DNA of 64,000 nucleotides from Guillardia theta CCMP2712 (lineage: Eukaryota; Protista; Cryptophyta): NCBI RefSeq assembly GCF_000315625.1, contig NW_005434671.1, positions 62,001 to 126,000 of the forward strand. Direction: 5' to 3'. The position numbers and the translations under genes were made by a program. Position 1 is the first letter of the stretch. Each line of letters starts with the position of its first letter. Positions 61,055 through 64,000 of this stretch are shown one piece after another. The notes below the pieces were generated by a model that saw nothing but the letters and a program-made list of their open reading frames with translations, was not told where the DNA came from and made no database searches.

Positions 61055-62944
61055 TTAGCTCCAAACCCATCGGGCTACCATGGAAGCGATTGCTATCAAA
61101 ACAAATAGAACGATAGAGAAATTAGGCCATCTTCCTGCCTGTTCTAAATTTTGATTTCGCTGTTGTGCACTCGGTACGTGAGGATCGTTGTTCTTTCCAT
61201 CGGCAAAGATGATCAACGATGTTGTCATGATGTATCGGGGTTCGCGAACAACATAGTATGTGTGAGGAAATTCATCCATTGGGCGATTTCCAACTTTGAC
61301 AGTCTCCTGCATTCCAGCAATATCAACCTTCTCCTGTACCGGTGCAAGCTTACCTTCCGACGTTTTACCGATGGGTGCAAGACAACACGACAGCATCTGA
61401 AAGCAAGAGTAAACAGACTGGATATCAGTGAGATTTCTGTCTCTTACGCTACAACAGTCAGAAACTTTCCTATCGAGCTTTTCTCCCATGCCATTCCTCG
61501 TTTCTTCGCCATGAAACATATCAGGCAAGTCCTTTAAATGCTCAAACAAGTCACCGCGAAGGAGCTTGCCAAGCGGATATCAGACGACAAATATACACCT
61601 TCACCGAACACATCTCCTGTACTCATCCTTTCTTTGTTGCCACTGTTGAAAAATCAACCTTTGGCACTGATTGCACGTTGCAAAATCACCTGAAAGACTT
61701 CAACCCACACCGGAGAATACAATGGAAATTTTCTAGTGATGAGCCATGAAAAGTTTCTACTTCACCATACTCTCGAGCCTTCAAGTTTAGATTTCAGTCT
61801 ATCCAGCCTATCAGACAAGCTTTATACCGCAGCCTCAAATTCGGGATCATTTCCATGTTCCAACTGAAAACGCAAATTGTGATTAGCTCAAACTGCAATT
61901 GTGCGTGCAAGGAAACAAGACAATAAGACGCAAAGAAACTGGTCAACGGCTCCCCAAAAAACTCAAATTCGTTGTTCAAATCAATGGTGCACAGAGATGA
62001 TTAATTTCAGACTCACCTGCAGCTCAAAGACTGGGTAAGATATGCTACCATTTGGCCCGTCAATAGAGTGCCTTTTAACAGTATCCATGTTAACGGCCAT
62101 TTCATCCTCCAAAACCCAGTCATTCAAAGTACAAGTCATTGCTTCTAGAAGTTATCCTTACCTTCGCTGCCACACCCTTCATGTCTATCAAAAATCTCAG
62201 CAACAACCCTATGTCTTGAACCGAAGGATTTGCAGTGTTGGATAAATGTCCACTGATGTCACTAATCGCAGGTATATTTCGCAATGCATCGTCCAACTTT
62301 CTGAAATCTTCGCCACCACACAAGTCTACAAAACAGTCAGGAAATGGATCAAATACAGTGACTCTGCGAAAAGATCGGTTCGCTGCCACCGCCAAACAAA
62401 TCAATGTATCCAATGTCTTGCGCTTGTTTGAAGCAAACTCTACGACATCAGAGAAATCGTTAACAGCATGTTGATACTTGTTCGTTCTGAAATCTGGATC
62501 AATCGAGCATTCACACCTTTCGATCGCCTCGACAATGAGCTCAATCAGAACATTGATGGGTGTTCGTTTTTCAGCTGCTCGGCAGGCAACAGACTCGAGC
62601 TCGGTGCCTGATCCCGAAGGAGACTTCTCACCCCCGAAGATGAGGATGGTTCCCTCTTCACACGAAGGAATGTACACGAAGACGTTGGAACACTGACCAA
62701 GTGCTTCAAACGCAAACCCAACCCCCACCGACAGCAGTCGCTCTTCATCATTCCATTTCAGCCACCTCACCATCATTCGCGCCCCTGCATCGTTGGCCCC
62801 TCCTCTGAGGAGTTGCCGCCTACCAGGACCACATGTCCTGTCCTGTCTGGTTGGAAATTTCCCATTGAAGCTGCAGACAAGCGCGGCAATCTCCGCGTCC
62901 CTTCCCCTCGCCATCTCGCCGCCCCCTGCCATGATTTTGACCAA
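61055..62944 (-). CDS. PARP16-like mono-ADP-ribosyltransferase, tail-anchored
   Basis: AANRSFRRVTVFDPFP helical domain; spliced FHGSSLENFHCILRCGL, VFGEGVYLSSD and PHTYYVV; C-terminal TM FSIVLFVLIAIASMV. Confidence 0.85.
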
Positions 62945-63192
62945 TTTGACCAGCCAGCTAGAATTTTCTGAACAAACTCACTAAGCTAATCGGATAACCG
63001 GGCCACCCTAACTGAGGCAAGCCTGCTTGGGAATAGCAGGGCAGCTCGATGAGATAGAGCAAGATATAGAGCGCCGAAACGCTGCCACCAGAGGATCACA
63101 GGGCGATGCGGCCTGCAGAAAGGCGATGGTGAAGAAGGTGAGTGGAGGAAGAGATGAAGAGATGAAGAGATAACGAGACGATGAAGACTAAG

Positions 63193-64000
63193 ATGGCGTT
63201 TCTAAAGGTGTTATAGAAGGCAAGCCAATGAAGAACAGATTCGGATTCTCTGTTTTGTTGACCATTGTAGTTTTCGGAAGCTACCAGGTGAAACACCTGC
63301 CTCATGTTGAGGTGATGACATGGGAAACTGAAGACTTTGATTAGCTGAGTGTTGAATCCAAGAAACTTTTATCCCAAGTGAGATGTGAATGTTCCGACGA
63401 CTCTGCACTGAAACATTTTTGAAGGACGTTAGGAAGAAGTTGAAGGAATTCGGGATTTCAAAGGATCAGGCGTGTTGTTGCATTTAAGACATCTTGGATC
63501 ATGACATGCGTGCAGATTGGCGGTCTAGAAGTTGTACTCAAAGCTGAGAAGGAGCAAAGGAAAGAAACTGTTTGGTTGTCATTTTTGTCGGGGAAGTCTG
63601 AACAGAAAGAAGTTAAGAAGCTGTTAAAGGCTAAGCATCCCAGCCTGAAAGCAAAGCGAAAGACAGTTGAAGGGAGCAAATGCCTCAAGATCTCTTCAAA
63701 CCCAAAAACGTCTACAAAAGCAGAAGTAAAAATCATCATGTTTTGTCGATGTGAATGACCGTGACGCTTTCAGTCGGAACAGAAGGAGCCACCAAAGGAA
63801 AAAGCAGTTCAAGGTTTGTCTTGGACCACATCCTAATCCCCTCTGCCTCTGCCTCTGCCTCTGCCTCTGTCTTTAGGCCTCATCATGCCCCTACAACCTT
63901 TCTTCTTTGCTCTGTCATGGCGTTAGTCGATTTATCCTCATCTCTATTCCACGATCTAAATGTTGGTTGCGACGCAGTGATTACAGGGGAGGATAACGCA
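63193..64000 (+). CDS. Partial spliced hypothetical gene running off the window
   Basis: Lys-rich exon 63517-63725 bounded by ag and gtaa; (CTCTGC)n near 63840 is probably intronic. Confidence 0.3.

Overview
Gene-dense eukaryotic nuclear DNA with short (about 40-60 nt) GT-AG and GC-AG spliceosomal introns and microsatellite-filled longer introns. Signal-peptide plus +1-Phe bipartite leaders point to an alga with a complex red plastid, probably a cryptophyte (inference). Recognisable genes: ARM-repeat protein, PPR-like + non-canonical poly(A) polymerase, GT61 glycosyltransferase, CHMP5/Vps60, J-like protein, DOT1-like methyltransferase, AlkB-like dioxygenase, IAH1-like SGNH esterase, GST, lipoyl synthase, SAM+TPR protein, BT1 folate transporter, MBD/FYR/DDT/WHIM chromatin protein, mitochondrial carrier, thioredoxin-fold ER protein, P5B-ATPase and a PARP16-like ADP-ribosyltransferase. 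The most unusual part is an accessory island at about 24.1-29.5 kb. It holds a signal-peptide-bearing Crinkler/RHS-type NTPase + nuclease gene with one in-frame stop, a second decayed paralogue interrupted beside its P-loop, a non-LTR retrotransposon remnant and duplicated segments. Also notable: a putative plastid-targeted PPR-poly(A) polymerase fusion, a 1.26-kb TIR element, a probable GA-AG intron, two minisatellites each with an adjacent inverted copy, and clustered TAGTCAA upstream motifs. Exon structures were assembled by eye and family calls come from motif recognition only, so coordinates of spliced genes are approximate.
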